A stretch of 36,809 nucleotides of DNA from Bigelowiella natans CCMP2755 (GCA_000320545.1 ADNK01002055.1:1-36809), one strand, 5' to 3'; counted from the stretch's first letter, positions 9,080 through 23,314 are shown. The notes: generated by a model from the sequence alone, not told the origin. A program made the numbers and translations.

Positions 9080-9590
9080 ATGTGTCTACATCGACGAAAT
9101 CCTGTCGGATTCACTAAAGAGAGGATAATCGAGGATTTTTGGCCTTCAGTACCGGTAAGTAGTTCGATCGAAGACGGTGATTCAAGGTGATTTTAGGATG
9201 GATTTTGGAATTATATCATTATTTATTCAAGATTTGCTGACGTAGATCTAGTGGGATTATTTTCCTGGAATTCTCGTAGAAGGTTCCCATAACGTTTAAG
9301 GAAGAATTAATCTCACACCCACAGTGTGGCACGACGACACTCACCAGCCGACACAATTTTTTGGTATTGTCGCCCGATCAAAAAGATCAATCATCAAAGT
9401 CAGAATCACTGCATAAATTTATGGAGGCATCGTTTGTCGTATCAAAAAATCACAGGCGATACTTCCCATTTGGTTGTTTTTACCGGTAGATTCGAAGAAG
9501 AAGAACTCTGCTTCAAGTTTCAAAACCCAAACGCACCTGTGTTATTGTGTACAATGCCATCCATAGCGTATAAATGTGATACGTGCATGC
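9080..9590 (+). other. Exon-like segments of unknown function (separate small gene, remnant, or 5' extension of the ABCF gene)
   Basis: ATG at 9080 reads MCLHRRNPVGFTKERIIEDFWPSVP to a strong donor GTAAGT at 9155, then an AG acceptor leads to KVPITFKEELISHPQCG.... No recognisable family. Confidence 0.3.
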
Positions 9591-9669
9591 CTTGCTCTAT
9601 AGTTCAGTATCCGGTGATGAGACCTAACTAATGCATGGTGTGCATCATTTAGCCATCGTAACTTGGGCC

Positions 9670-10088
9670 ATGCCATCCCGCCGAAGCCGGAGGAAAAAGC
9701 TTCGAGCCAAGGCCAAAACTCAAGGTCATTAATCGATACTATCCATGAAACCAAATGTACGATGCAAACCTGGATAAAATTGCAATGTTGAATTAGTAAG
9801 ATTTTCTTCAGATCCTGCCACTGTATCAAAAAATGGTGTGGAGGAGAATTCTAAGGCGACTTTATCCGCTGCTAATGGAGACGACGTAGGAGTATAATAG
9901 TTTGATGGACATTGTGCATACTCATCATCATCTCATCACCATCACTATAATTTTAACCACCACCATTACCAGCTAGACGATTGGTCAACAGCATAGAAAG
10001 AGTGCAAGGAGGGGAATGGCGTGTGGGGTGGTGAGACATTTTGCATTTTCTTAATATGAAAATGAACACAAAATACAAAGACATCCTA

Positions 10089-10120
<32 letters not shown>

Positions 10121-10158
10121 TTCTTAATATGAAAATGAACACAAAATACAAAGACATC

Positions 10159-10196
<38 letters not shown>

Positions 10197-11282
10197 TCTT
10201 GTACCAGGTCGCGGTCGTGGAGGCCGTGGCGTTCAAAAGCGAGACATCTATGGAAAAGTGGACAACATCATCGTGGAAGGGGTTACTGTAGCGTATGATG
10301 GTAACTCGCTCCTTGAGCGTTCTCGGCTACAAATATGCAAAGGACGCCGATATGCACTTATTGGGAAGAATGGGTATTCATCAATGCAAATTATCGCTTA
10401 ATTCTTATCGGTTTCGTGGGAATATATACTGTAGAGATGAGATGTATACCTTAGTTTCCATTGTTGTTTCGATTTAATGAAGGTGTGGAAAATCAACTCT
10501 CCTCCGTCGCATAGCAACAAAGTCACTTCCTGGGTACTACTTACTGACGCTGATTCCTTCGGCAAATTCAAAGGAAAAATCGTAAACAGAAAACCTAAGA
10601 TGCGCGTGGAAGGGGCAACACTGAATAGCAACACTAAAATTTCGGCTTATATTTTTCTTCATCATTCATATCCTCTCTTCCTCTTTCATCACTATACATA
10701 ACAACATATCTCTACAATCATCACTACTATACATCTCCTCCTACTACTACTTACTACTGTAGGTTTCAACTCTCGGTGAGAATAGGCTACGTACCTCAAG
10801 AGCTTGAATTTATAACTCCTGATGGGAAGGGTAAAGAATCTTGCACAATGTGCAACAACACAAGACGCATCATACATGCACGCATACATGTACCACTACA
10901 CTTGGTATTACTCGCCGAAGTGTAATATTGATTCAAGCTCCTCGCAGAAGTGGACGAAACGAAAAGTTCCGCCCTTAGCTTCCTCACTACTTGGATCACG
11001 AAATATGTGGGGGGGGGAGAGGAAGAGATGCGGTTTAAGGTCAAGGCACTAGTTGCGGAGCAACTCAAACTCGAGCAGCTGGTTGATGAAGATAACGGTT
11101 TCGATGATGACGACGATAGAGCAGAGAAAGAAAGGGAGAATGAAAATATCATTGAACGACTGTGCGAGATTTCGGATGAACTTGAAACCCTTGGCTTTGA
11201 CGAAAACGGTACGATTACCTGTACAGCCGTGGCTGGCAATGGTGCTGCTGCTACTATGACGAGACTTGTCCTTGATCATTAC

Positions 11283-11322
<40 letters not shown>

Positions 11323-13251
11323 AGGCGAGAAGACATGTAAGAAAATGGGATTCAATGATGACGACAATGGAGAAAACATATCGCGGGTCGATGATTTGGA
11401 CGACGACGAAGGGAAGGAAGACATCACCATACGTAGCAAGAAAAGACACAATCTTGGAGCAGAGACACTCGCAGAATCTGTTAAGAACGTTCTCGTGAAA
11501 ATGATGGGGTTCTCACCTTTGCAGACACAAATGCCACTTGTAATGCTCTCGGGAGGTTGTTATTTTGTAGATCAACAGAAACAACTAGTAGTATATATAA
11601 ACCACCTCACATAGACTACTACTACTACTACTACTACTACTATTACTTTTACTATTACCTACCGCATCCGTTATCATTATCATATCATTGCCACTACTAC
11701 CACAAGAATGTCGTCCTTCCTCCCCTCTTCCTTCCCTCCTCCTCATTCTCACTATCATTATGTGTATTTGTCTCTAATGTGTTGAAATACGTGCTCATTA
11801 ATTTTCTATCTACTAATTAAATGTGCTGCTACAATGTTTACATGCATATCATTGAAGATGATTAACCCCCCCCCCCTATATCATTCTTTTTTATGCTATA
11901 ATATCCCACTCACGCACGAAGTTCGCACACACAAGGCACACACACATTCACACACACACATGTGTGTGTGTGTGTGTTTGTGTGTTTGCATGTGTATGCA
12001 TTTGCATGAGAATAAGTGAAGTGTATGTACATAATGACTCGTATGGCAAGAATTCATTTATTCATTCATTCATTCCAGGGTTTCGAATGCGTGTGGCGTT
12101 GGCTCAAGCGCTAATGGGTCAACCTGATATCCTACTACTAGATGAACCTACCAACCACCTAGACCTACAAGGTGTACTTTGGCTACAAAAGCTCCTCATT
12201 CGTTGCTGTCCGGACGCACGCTGCAAAAAGAGCGAGTATGACGACAGGGATAGGAGTAGTACTAGCAGTACCAGTAGTAGTTGGAATAACAGAGTAGTTT
12301 CTTCTTCAACTCATTCTGCTGCTGGTGGCAGCAGCAGCCGCAGCTTGCAATTGCTCCTTGGAGGCAATCAAGTAGTAAAGAGCGTGCTGTTTGTGTCACA
12401 CGACCGTGCATTTTTGGCTGCCGTTGCGACTGATATCGTTGTCTTTGAAGGCAAAACGCTGATCTACCACCCTATGGGATACAATGAGTACCTGGAGGTT
12501 AGTGAACAACGTAAGCTACATCGGACACGCATCTTTGAGAAGAAGCAAAGGAAAGAAGGAGAAGCGCAAGCTTTCGCACATAAACAAGTCGCAGCAGCCA
12601 ATGCTGCAGTGAAGAGGAAAGGGAGAAAAGGACATGGTGTTGATCCTAACAAGCAGCGTCAAGCAAAAACAAAGATAAAGAAGGCAGAAAGGTCGGGTTT
12701 CTTCCGCTCCGATGGAAGGCGTTACAAAACCAGATCTCTCGCGTACGTCTTATATATGAAATTTTAAATACAAAATTATAAAGAAAAAAAAGAAGAATGA
12801 AGAGATTATAATATGTTTCTGGAGGAAGTAGCAAACGCTGAATCTTGAGAAACTCCAGATTTAATGTGGAAACACGGCAGTTTTTTGTCCTGGCACCGCC
12901 ATCTGCTTAGAAACCATTGATATAATTAGTTGTGTTATCCTTTTACTACCCCATGGTTGGGTTCTTTTATTCAGATTGTGGTAAGTAGCTGTGGTGAACA
13001 TGTGATTGACTCGAGAGTGAGACAACAAAGAGGGGAATTCTTCGTGGTGTTCGCTTTTTTAACATGCCCCTTACTACGTATAAGTATACTTGCTTTGTGC
13101 TGTCCTACTATTTATTATCATCATAGAAAATTGGACGAGAGCCTTGTTCGACTTCCTGAAACAGTGAGCAAGGAGGATCTCAAGCAGGAGCGCTTACTTA
13201 GGTGGTACCAGAACACCAATAAAGAGCTGTAATTAGTAGTAGTAGTAGTAA

Positions 13252-13284
<33 letters not shown>

Positions 13285-13946
13285 AAAATAGTAATGGTTG
13301 TAGGATGAGGAGGAGGAGGAGGAGGAGAAGAAGAAATAGGAGCACATGGCAACCTGTAAAGAAAAAGGGAGGGTGGGTATTGTGTGTAATCAGGAAACAT
13401 CGTTGACGATGTCTATAAACACTTAATGCACATACACGTATATAGTATAATCAATTTCTCGCTCCTCCCTCCATCACCATCTTCGTTCCAGATTTAAATT
13501 TCCTGCAGTTAATGCAGTGGAGTTGCGGCTACCGTCGGCATCATCGCCAGCCCTCATTCTAGCCTCGGTGTCTGTGGGGTATCCGTGCAAGGTGGTTGAC
13601 TCAAAGAGTAGTAGTAATCTCAGAACAGGTCGTGAAGGAGTTAGTTGATAATTAAGAGAACAATGAAAATATGATGATTCAAGTAGGAAGAGGAAGAACA
13701 TATATTTGATTGGTTATTTGAAAAGATATGATGCCAGTACAAACTATTCACTCCATGGCACTTAAACCTATGTATATTATGCATCCAGGTTTAATGCATT
13801 GCCTATGATCACATGCTACTTATTTTATATATTAGGCACGAAGATGATCCTAAGGGACATTAATGTAGAAATCGGCCTACACAGCCGTATTGCGGTAATT
13901 AGAAAGTCACTATCTGGATCATCATTGCAATATAGATATTTGTCAC

Positions 13947-14020
<74 letters not shown>

Positions 14021-14773
14021 CGCGAAGGTTGTAGGACCAAATGGTGCTGGCAAGTCGACGCTGTTACACCTGATCCTTGGCATTCTGAAACCACATGGTT
14101 CTATTATGTTCGTTTGTCCGTGTAAATAAAACCATTCTACGTGTGCGTGTAACTATAAGTTACATACAATATCCATGGGTTGTATGGACGGGGAATCAAT
14201 CAAAAGCTTGATGAAGCATAGCGAAAAATTCTGAGCTGCTGCCAAAATGATGTTTCAACATATAGGAAGCAACGGAAAAGTGACAGCCAACCGGAATCTC
14301 CGTTTAGGATATGTGTCTCAATTGCACATCCAGGCGCTGGAGAAACACCTTGATCAATCTCCCGTACAAATACTACAGCAGAGGTATTCAGCAGATCTAT
14401 TCTAGTACTCTCCAGAGGATAATGGTTGTAGCGGGTGATGGCTAAATCAAATTAAGATTGAGAATATTAGGTTAACGTATACATATGCTGCTGCCTTTTA
14501 CGACCGACTCCTCTTCCATATACTACGTATACCACCAACTATTACTACCCTTCTGGTAGTTCACATCATCACTGACCATGATTACCGATATTTATTTGTT
14601 TTAATTTTTCAATAGATTCTCGAGCATATCCGAACTCGAGGCACTTGCACATTTGGGTGGATTTGGTCTTGTGGGAAACCTCGCTCTGTCAAAGATACGG
14701 TCTCTATCTGGAGGTCAAAAAGCTAGACTCGCACTTTCCCTGGTAATACTCTCTGGATGATGTTGTTGATGTT

Positions 14774-14816
<43 letters not shown>

Positions 14817-15210
14817 TTGTGTGTTTTTCCTCTCAATATGAGAAAGTAGTGACCAATACAAAAAAAAAAGAAAAAAATCATATCATTTTACCGTTGTACA
14901 AAAAAATAGCCCATTTTATTCTCCAGTGTTGGCTCGTCAGTGGGGAACATATCTGGTTTTCCACCAGTCCCTTCCTCTATTTAAATTAAAATCTGAGCTT
15001 AATTTCTCATTGCACACTTGGACGTATTCCATTTGCTGCTAGACAACATGGGAGAGACCGCACGTGCTAGTGTTGGATGAACCAACGAACCACCTCGATA
15101 TGCAAAGTTTAGATGCTCTTGCTCACGCTCTTCATTCTTACCAAGGGGGGCTCATCCTGGTAGTTAGCGTATCAGTGCGGTTAGATTGTTGTAGTATGCA
15201 AAGTTTGCAT

Positions 15211-15292
<82 letters not shown>

Positions 15293-15644
15293 TATGTTAC
15301 CGGCAAAGGTGAATGGAAGTGAGGTGAGAATATCATGTTTTCCAAATGTTGTTCCTTGCAGTAATTCTTAATTAATAATCATTTTTGTCCTCATTCATGT
15401 GATCCCATCTTAAATGTTGTTATCGCCATCATATCAGGTGAGCCATAATCAGCACTTCCTGCGGCAAGTGTGCCGGGAGATGTGGCTGGTACGGAATGGA
15501 AGCGTGGAGGTGTGGAGATCATCGCTCAGACTTCACGATGAAGCAGCAGATGGGGGAAGCAATAGTAGCGTGGGGTCTAATGCAAATGATAGATTCGGGG
15601 CTGTGTTTCAAAAATATGCAGAGTCATTATTGGATAGTGTTTAG
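9670..15644 (+). CDS. ABCF-family ATPase (two ABC domains, no TM segments), multi-exon; one possible in-frame TAG at 9994
   Basis: Spliced motifs: RYALIGKNG|[15 protein letters not shown]|[73 protein letters not shown]. The start [10 protein letters not shown] at 9670 is tentative. Confidence 0.9.
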
Positions 15645-15800
15645 TAATGTTGTAAAGAATACTTTAGACCTATAAATTAGACTTGACAACTACCCCATGA
15701 GATTATCTGTGTCGTGCGACAAATTGTACGGCAGTAAAGGGTGATGACACCTGTTTGTTTGTATGCCTGAAAAGTGGAAGATCAATCACACAACACCCAG

Positions 15801-16182
15801 ATGCGCGCGGGCGGCACTTTGCAGGTGCTGCTACAATAATGACGACTTCGCTTTCACGAATATGCAACACATGACAGCTGAAACTAGAAATGCAGTCTAA
15901 GCGCTTTAGCCGCAGCTTTGCACATCTACATTGAGATGACTTTTGGCATAAACATAATTCATTCATTCATTGCCTCTATCTCATATGCATACATGTGCAT
16001 ATACGCGGGCGGCATAGCATTTCTCTAGGCGCAACAACAACAATAATAATGTTGCTTTCAAAAACATGGAACACGTGTTAGCTGAAACTAATGGACACAA
16101 CTTAAGCGCCGTAGCCGCCGCTTTGCACAGTTACATAAGAATTACTATTGCTAGTATACGTATTCATTCATTACACCCGTCT

Positions 16183-16251
<69 letters not shown>

Positions 16252-16260
16252 GTGCATGCA
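15801..16260. repeat. Diverged tandem duplication of about 200 bp between convergent genes
   Basis: Blocks CGCGGGCGGCA, GCTTTCA, AGCTGAAACTA, TAAGCGC..TAGCCGC.GCTTTGCACA and ATTCATTCATT occur in the same order at 15801-16000 and 16001-16260. Confidence 0.75.
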
Positions 16261-16493
16261 TACATGTATTCACATGATATGTTTTCTGAATCTGTTTTTT
16301 CCTCCACAAGTAGCAAGGTGGGCTGGCTCGCTTCGAATAACTAACTTATTCCAATTATCTACAGCCCCTTGATGTACATGGTGAGCTTAAAGCGTAGTAG
16401 TACTAAGCTACTATACCAAGTGATCCGGGATGAGAATCAGGGTCGATGTTAACATACCTAGTGGTAATTGCTGTTGTATATATTATCGTAGTT

Positions 16494-16524
<31 letters not shown>

Positions 16525-16588
16525 GTAATAATAATAAGAGGATACTAATAAGCAACGGTCCGCCACGTGTTAGGTAGGGGATGACTGA

Positions 16589-17632
16589 TTACGTTAAATT
16601 GCGAGGAAGCTTCGGCGGGGAGTACTGCTTGAACCATTTCACGAATGACCGAACACCCTCCTACTCGTGTGTATCATTATCATGAGGATCTTTTAGTATT
16701 AAATCAGTGAAGATGCGTAGCAGAAATATCTGAGAAAATTAATCATTTTGTAGTACGTAGGCAGCGACGACATTCATTTGTCAAATCACAATAATTATCA
16801 TTGCTCTATAAGAGAAAGGAATATGATCACTTTCACCATTACTACTATTGCTACTGCAATCTCACACAGCAACCTTAATAGAGACTTTCGGCTCATAACC
16901 CAAGCACTTACGTGCCAAGGACGTATCAGCAAAGGTGACTGCCACGTCACCTACACACAAGGGAAGAAGGAAATAAATAGGAAAAAAGAACAAGAAAAGG
17001 AAGAAGAAGCATCCGAAGGAAAAAAATATGGCTGCTATTTACTTGTCTATCCGTCGGGTGATGAATACGTAGATTGATGTTAGGGTGGTTTATACGTAGA
17101 TTGAAATTAGGATGAGACTCACACAAACGCACACACATAGTCTGTCTATGTATAGTTGGTGCCAACCTGCAGGAAGAGGATTGCGTAAGATCAGAGCTTT
17201 CTTACCCAATTCAGCTTCAAGCATTCGTATCAATAACGACACATTCTGCGGCTGACCCCTTCCTAAGAGCATATGCGTGTTGTATATGTTTGAATGATAA
17301 TGTGATCTATCTTAGCCGTAATAATCTTATCACACTCATCATCCTCATCCTTATCATCATCAATATCTTGCTATTATAATAATTATTATTACCTAGATTA
17401 AATATCGCATAGTCTGCAGAATATCTTGCTATTATTATTATTGTTATTATTATTTTTGTTATTATTACCTAGATTGAATATCGCATAGTCTGCAGAATAT
17501 TCGATCGCTAGAACGACCTATTGGACAGGTTAAAGAAAGGAGTAAAAATATTCTGTATTGTTACATTGCTAGGTCTCTATATTGTTTGAGTTCCATGATG
17601 AGTGCGTAATATCCTACTTGCATCATGACCAT

Positions 17633-17667
<35 letters not shown>

Positions 17668-17980
17668 CATCGCCATTATTTATGCTCACCCCCATCACAA
17701 TGTCATCGATGAAGGTGAAATCACGCAGCAGCTGATTTATAACGTAAAAGAAAGAATTTCATTACATGAGGAAAATGTATTCATCATGGGATGAAAATAG
17801 TTGTGATTACTATTCATCTTATTATTAGGTAATAATATAAGAGTAGAAACGAAATGAAAATAAAAGAGAAGAGGAAGAGGGAAACTGATTCACTGACTGA
17901 CGACATAGTAGCCGGTATATATATTTGGCCTTAACTTACCCCAAAGGGATCAACCAATACACACTAGTGTATGTGTATGT

Positions 17981-18018
<38 letters not shown>

Positions 18019-19072
18019 TTTTTTCTTTTACTTCTTTCCCCTCTTTTCTCCCCTCCTCCCTTCTTCTCTTCCCAATCATCAAAATCCTCTTATTCTTCCT
18101 AATCTTCTTCTCATCATATCCCCGTTGTTCTTATCTTACTCTACCATACTTCATTTTGATATGATTATTATGCATTATGTATGGTTACATACCTCTCCCC
18201 CCCTTCCTCCAGCAGCAGCACCTGAGACCTCGTAAAGCGTTAAAGCGTCGCCGTTTGAAATATTCTGTCGATATATAATTATAATTTAGAGCATAATAAT
18301 CCAATCATGAAGAAAAACAGTTAATTAATAACTACCAAGCAAGCGCCTGCATTTACGCACGACGTAAAACGAACATCGGGATGATTAATTAGTGTTGATC
18401 GTAGAAATGCTTGTAATTTATTGTAAATTATCACCTTTGCCCACATCCATGCTGCCATATCAGGACGTCCCATCGGACCATAAACCGTGAAAAATCGTAG
18501 CCTATAGATAGATAGACAGACAGAGCACAAAAGGGATGGGATTTGAACTTAACCGACTATATTCTAGGAATAATGCATTGGGTTATTCATCATTATCACT
18601 ATCATCATCGATCGATCATCGTCATCATTTCCATAAACAGCACCAAATTACTACTACCAACCACCATTATTGAAGCCTGTATGATGTAGTATTGCCATCA
18701 TCCACCATTTAATACAATCTTAGATTTCTCATCACCCAGTAATGCGCATGTTGTACAAAGAGTGATATGCATGGGCTACGTGTTCGGTCGCCTAGATGGG
18801 AGTCAAAGAAAAAGAGAAGAGAAAGAGAGAGAGAGAGAGAGGGGGGGGGGGGGGGCTTGAGGCAATGATTGTCTATCAACTATGCTACGCATGCATGCAT
18901 CTGGCAACTGTAGAAATATAACAACAACAACAACAACAACAACAACATGATGATGATGATAATGATGATGATGGCTGCTGCTTTACTTCCCCCTCCCTCC
19001 TATTTCTGATTGCAACTAACTACTGAGATCCCCACCCCCTGCTTCTTCTTGCTAGTTAACATTAACAACAGT

Positions 19073-19104
<32 letters not shown>

Positions 19105-19277
19105 TTACTACCAGTTTTGTGGCTGCATAAATAGATATGGGCTTGTTCGTTACAGCGGTTTCTTTAAACGGAATGGAGACATTTCGACCATACACCTGTC
19201 CAGATAGTAGAAGTACAATTATTCACAGCAGCAGCAACACAAACAATTTACTGTAGAACAATCGTAGCAGCGGTAGT

Positions 19278-19310
<33 letters not shown>

Positions 19311-19494
19311 CAGTAGCAATAGAGATGGGTGAAGCAAATGAATAGTAATAGTAGTGGTAGTGAGTAGAAGAATAAGAAGAAGAAAAAGAAGTAGTAGTGG
19401 TAGTTGTGATAGTTGTGGTGGTAGTGAAATATCGAATCAGATAAGCAGCAGCAGCGGCAGTAAGCATTCATTGAGAAGAACAAGCAAGTGTGTA

Positions 19495-19533
<39 letters not shown>

Positions 19534-19793
19534 TTCAACACAACAATTTGATTTATCCGTGTGAGCTTTGTCTTTTCATCAATTCCTTACCGATGACGAA
19601 GAAGCGTATAGAATCACTGGCGGTACAGGCTTCACCATCTACCGCATCATGTGATTATTAATTGATTGAAAATAGTATACATATGGTGATGGTTCCTGCG
19701 AAATGACATCATAGCCATGAAGAGTGCTTATATTTGTATAAGACAATCAAGAGATCCCAACAACAATAACAACAACAATCATTTAGTAAATTG

Positions 19794-19843
<50 letters not shown>

Positions 19844-20369
19844 TGTGCAGCTGTCATCATAAGAACATATTTAAATTGTCCCCGAAACTCTCCTTGTTTG
19901 TCCTACCCTTATCTCGATTCTTTTCGTTTGAAATGAATGTAATAATGATGATGATGATGCTATTTTTAGGCAGAGGCCTGCAACAAACTGGGCATGCAGC
20001 ATCACCTTAGCTTGCTCGAGAAGACGGATAGTACACATAACATTTGCTTCTCCGTAGGTGACTGGGTTTATCTTTGAGTATCTGATAAACGCCAACACAA
20101 ACAAAATAACACAAGAAGGACGAAAGATTCCCAACAGCAGAAGTAAATCAGTGAATATGATAATGACAAAGAATTCAAGCAGCACCTTTCTTAGACATTA
20201 TATCTAGAAACAGCAGTAATAGACGGGTAGTAACACTATCATTATACATACTACAGATAGTAGGTAGGATATGATTGGTACTATGTGGTGTGTTTTCAGT
20301 ATCTAATTGCAGGTAATTTGTAGCAAGGAGAACAGCAGTAGTAGTAGTACAACCGATATTATATTTGAT

Positions 20370-20409
<40 letters not shown>

Positions 20410-21781
20410 TTGGGTAAGGAAACAACACGATGGACGGTCAGTATTGATACAGCAAATTCTACTCTTATTATTACTATTGTCACTACCTTACTCCCGCTAA
20501 TTCTACTCTTATTACTACTATTGTCACTACCTTACTCCCGCTTGAGCAGCCAGATGCACAATATGTGTCACCCTGATAAATATGAACAAGATTGAAGAAG
20601 ATAAAAGAAAGAAGAAAAGGTAGGAGTAGAATGAGATGTATATACATTTTGCAAAGATCTACACCACTCTGATCTTCTACATTAGGTTTTACCATATATA
20701 TTAAATATGCCGGTGGCGAGGCCAGTATCATCGATACTACTGTCTTAAAATGCTAATCTCTCTCCCCCACCCTACCCGTCTTCTTCCTCTTCTCCTTTTT
20801 CATCATCATCACCATCATCATCATCATCTTCTTCTTCTTCTTCTTCTTCTTCAGGCTGCTACTACACGCAATAATAATAATGGTAATATTACGTAAACTG
20901 TCTCAGTATTCTTCGGATCAGCGTTCCATTGCAAACGTCCCTTTTACCAAAATGACAACAAAAAGAATGGAACTAGTGAGAGTGAGAGAAGAAGAAGGGG
21001 AGAGGGAGCTTTATATATATCTCAAGAATAAAAGCTACAGCATTTGTTGTGTATCTTCTATTTCTTCTTATTCCTCTTCTTCACTTTTCACCCTTGTATA
21101 AAAGTCGCGCCAGCACGTTCGATGAGTCTCCGTCGAAAAAGTTTCAGGCTGTAGCGTTAAGCAGCAGCAGCAGCAGCAGCAGCATTGTTTGTATTTCCAT
21201 TGTAGTAGTCCAAAGGAAGGGGAGGGGTCTACAACTAAAATCTTTACCCTATCATATTTAACATAATTTTTCTTCTTGCTATTATTATAGGAACGATATC
21301 ATCATCATCTAGAGTTAAATCCTTTTTCTCCTGCTGCTAGGATAAGAAGATAAAGTGTAGATGATGAAGCGTGCATCTGTTTATTCACATTGCTTGATTG
21401 GAAAGTGCAAAGACGGGGGGAGGGAGGGCAGTTTATTCATAATCATTTATGGTTCAGATTAATTTTGTTCGCCCCGTCTCGTCTCTGGCCTCGTTGTCAT
21501 ATCAACACACTTAGCAGCAGTGTTTATTATCATCATCATAGTGTTGAGGCTGATAGTCATGTCAACACACTTAGCAGCAGTGTTTATTATCATCATCATA
21601 GTGTTGAGGCTGATAGTATGGTGGCGCTGTGTGATCTTACTACTACCGGACATCGTAGTAGTTGTTCATATTGTCGATACCTGACATCATCATCAAGATG
21701 TTACAATAAATGCACCAGATTCAGATAGACATAAGAAGAATAAGGTGTTGTCGGGGTGAAGAGGGAGCTAGTAAGAGAGAA

Positions 21782-21820
<39 letters not shown>

Positions 21821-22903
21821 TAGTAGTAGTAGCACTGAAAACTTGGAAGAAATTATTTTGTTGAATTGTTCCAACTCTCAACAGTTAAACATAGCAGGAT
21901 AAACTAATCTAGTGATATATAGTAACTTGGTTTATTATTTTGTAGGGTCAATCCATTTCCAAGACTCACCAATTCCAGCTTATCTTTTGTTTTGTATTTT
22001 CTAAAAATAGTATCTGAATACAGGGAATACTTACCCACGACTTTATGTCCGATCTCGCGCAGTCGTATTGCTGTGTGCGCACCAATAAATCCAGCAACTC
22101 CCTAATATGAGGGAAGGACGATTATTATGATATTCTTAGGAAATAGTTGTAGAAAGCTGTAAAACCCATACAAAACCAAACAAAACCAAACAAATCTTAC
22201 ACTTCAATGACGAACTGCAGTTTTCTTATTCTGCGGGAGAATTTGGGTATGTCATATTCACTTATTTTGGATTGTTGTTACGCTAACATCCGACCGTAAT
22301 GAGTACTGAGGCCTCCTCAACGCCCATGATTTTCCTGAAAATGAATGAATTTTTCAGTTATAAATTATTTATGTAAGCTGTAGGTGGTCCTAGCTATTTA
22401 GATCTAGCAATAAGAATAGGAAATTTCATCTTCTCTCTTAGCACCTCCAATCACCCTTCTTCGGTAAGACAGCTAAGGAAGATATGTGGTCAAAATCAGC
22501 ACTGGCAGCAGCAGCAGGTTGGATTCCACTTAGGTGCTCCTCCCCCTTTTCTGAGGTATTCCGAGGAGCCAGGGCACTGATGATATCGTGGCTGCTGTGC
22601 TTCCTCGATGATGATGCGGGGCCAGTTTCCGTCGATGCGAAGATGTTATTGACCGTCAACCCGATGGCGACTCTGGAAGAAAGGACACAGTAGTGTGTTG
22701 GTAGTTGTAACTCTTGTGGTAATGCCAGATTACGGAGGGCCACACCACAACTCATATTATCATTATTATTATTAATTTTGATAGCACAAAAAAAGCAAGT
22801 ATGTATGTATATGCTATAGATTGGATGTAATATACCCAAGGATAAGAAATAGTCCCATGAGCATCTTAGACAGTGAACCCCTCAGGGTTCCCCCTATCCG
22901 CAT
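16589..22903 (-). CDS. UDP-glucuronate 4-epimerase (GAE-like extended SDR), type II membrane, multi-exon
   Basis: Spliced: [23 protein letters not shown]|VAIGL (TM), VLIT|[33 protein letters not shown]|YS, YASSSS|[72 protein letters not shown]; stop at 16589. Confidence 0.92.
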
Positions 22904-23314
22904 TGCCCACTACTACTACTACTACTACTGCAATAGCACTACTACCACTACTGCTACTACTACTATACTAGGTGGTGCAAAAGATGATGATGATGATGAT
23001 GATGGTGATCATCTTCTATCATTCTATCATTATCGGTGGTAGGAGAGCCAAGAGAAATCGAAGACTCTTGTCGTAGAAGCAGCAGCATTTAAACCAAAAA
23101 TCAATTGGACCTGCAAAATAAGCCAAAAATATAAGGGGGTTTTTACCATGCGTCAACAATTATTACAGAGTAGGATAAAATACTTGGGGATTTTACCATG
23201 CGTCAAGGGTTTCTGAATCTCTGGTTATTATTGTCGGCACTTAAAAAAGAGGAGGAGGAAGATTGAGGAGGGAGGAGGACGGCCACAGGCAAACAGCACC
23301 CATAAGGGTTCAGA

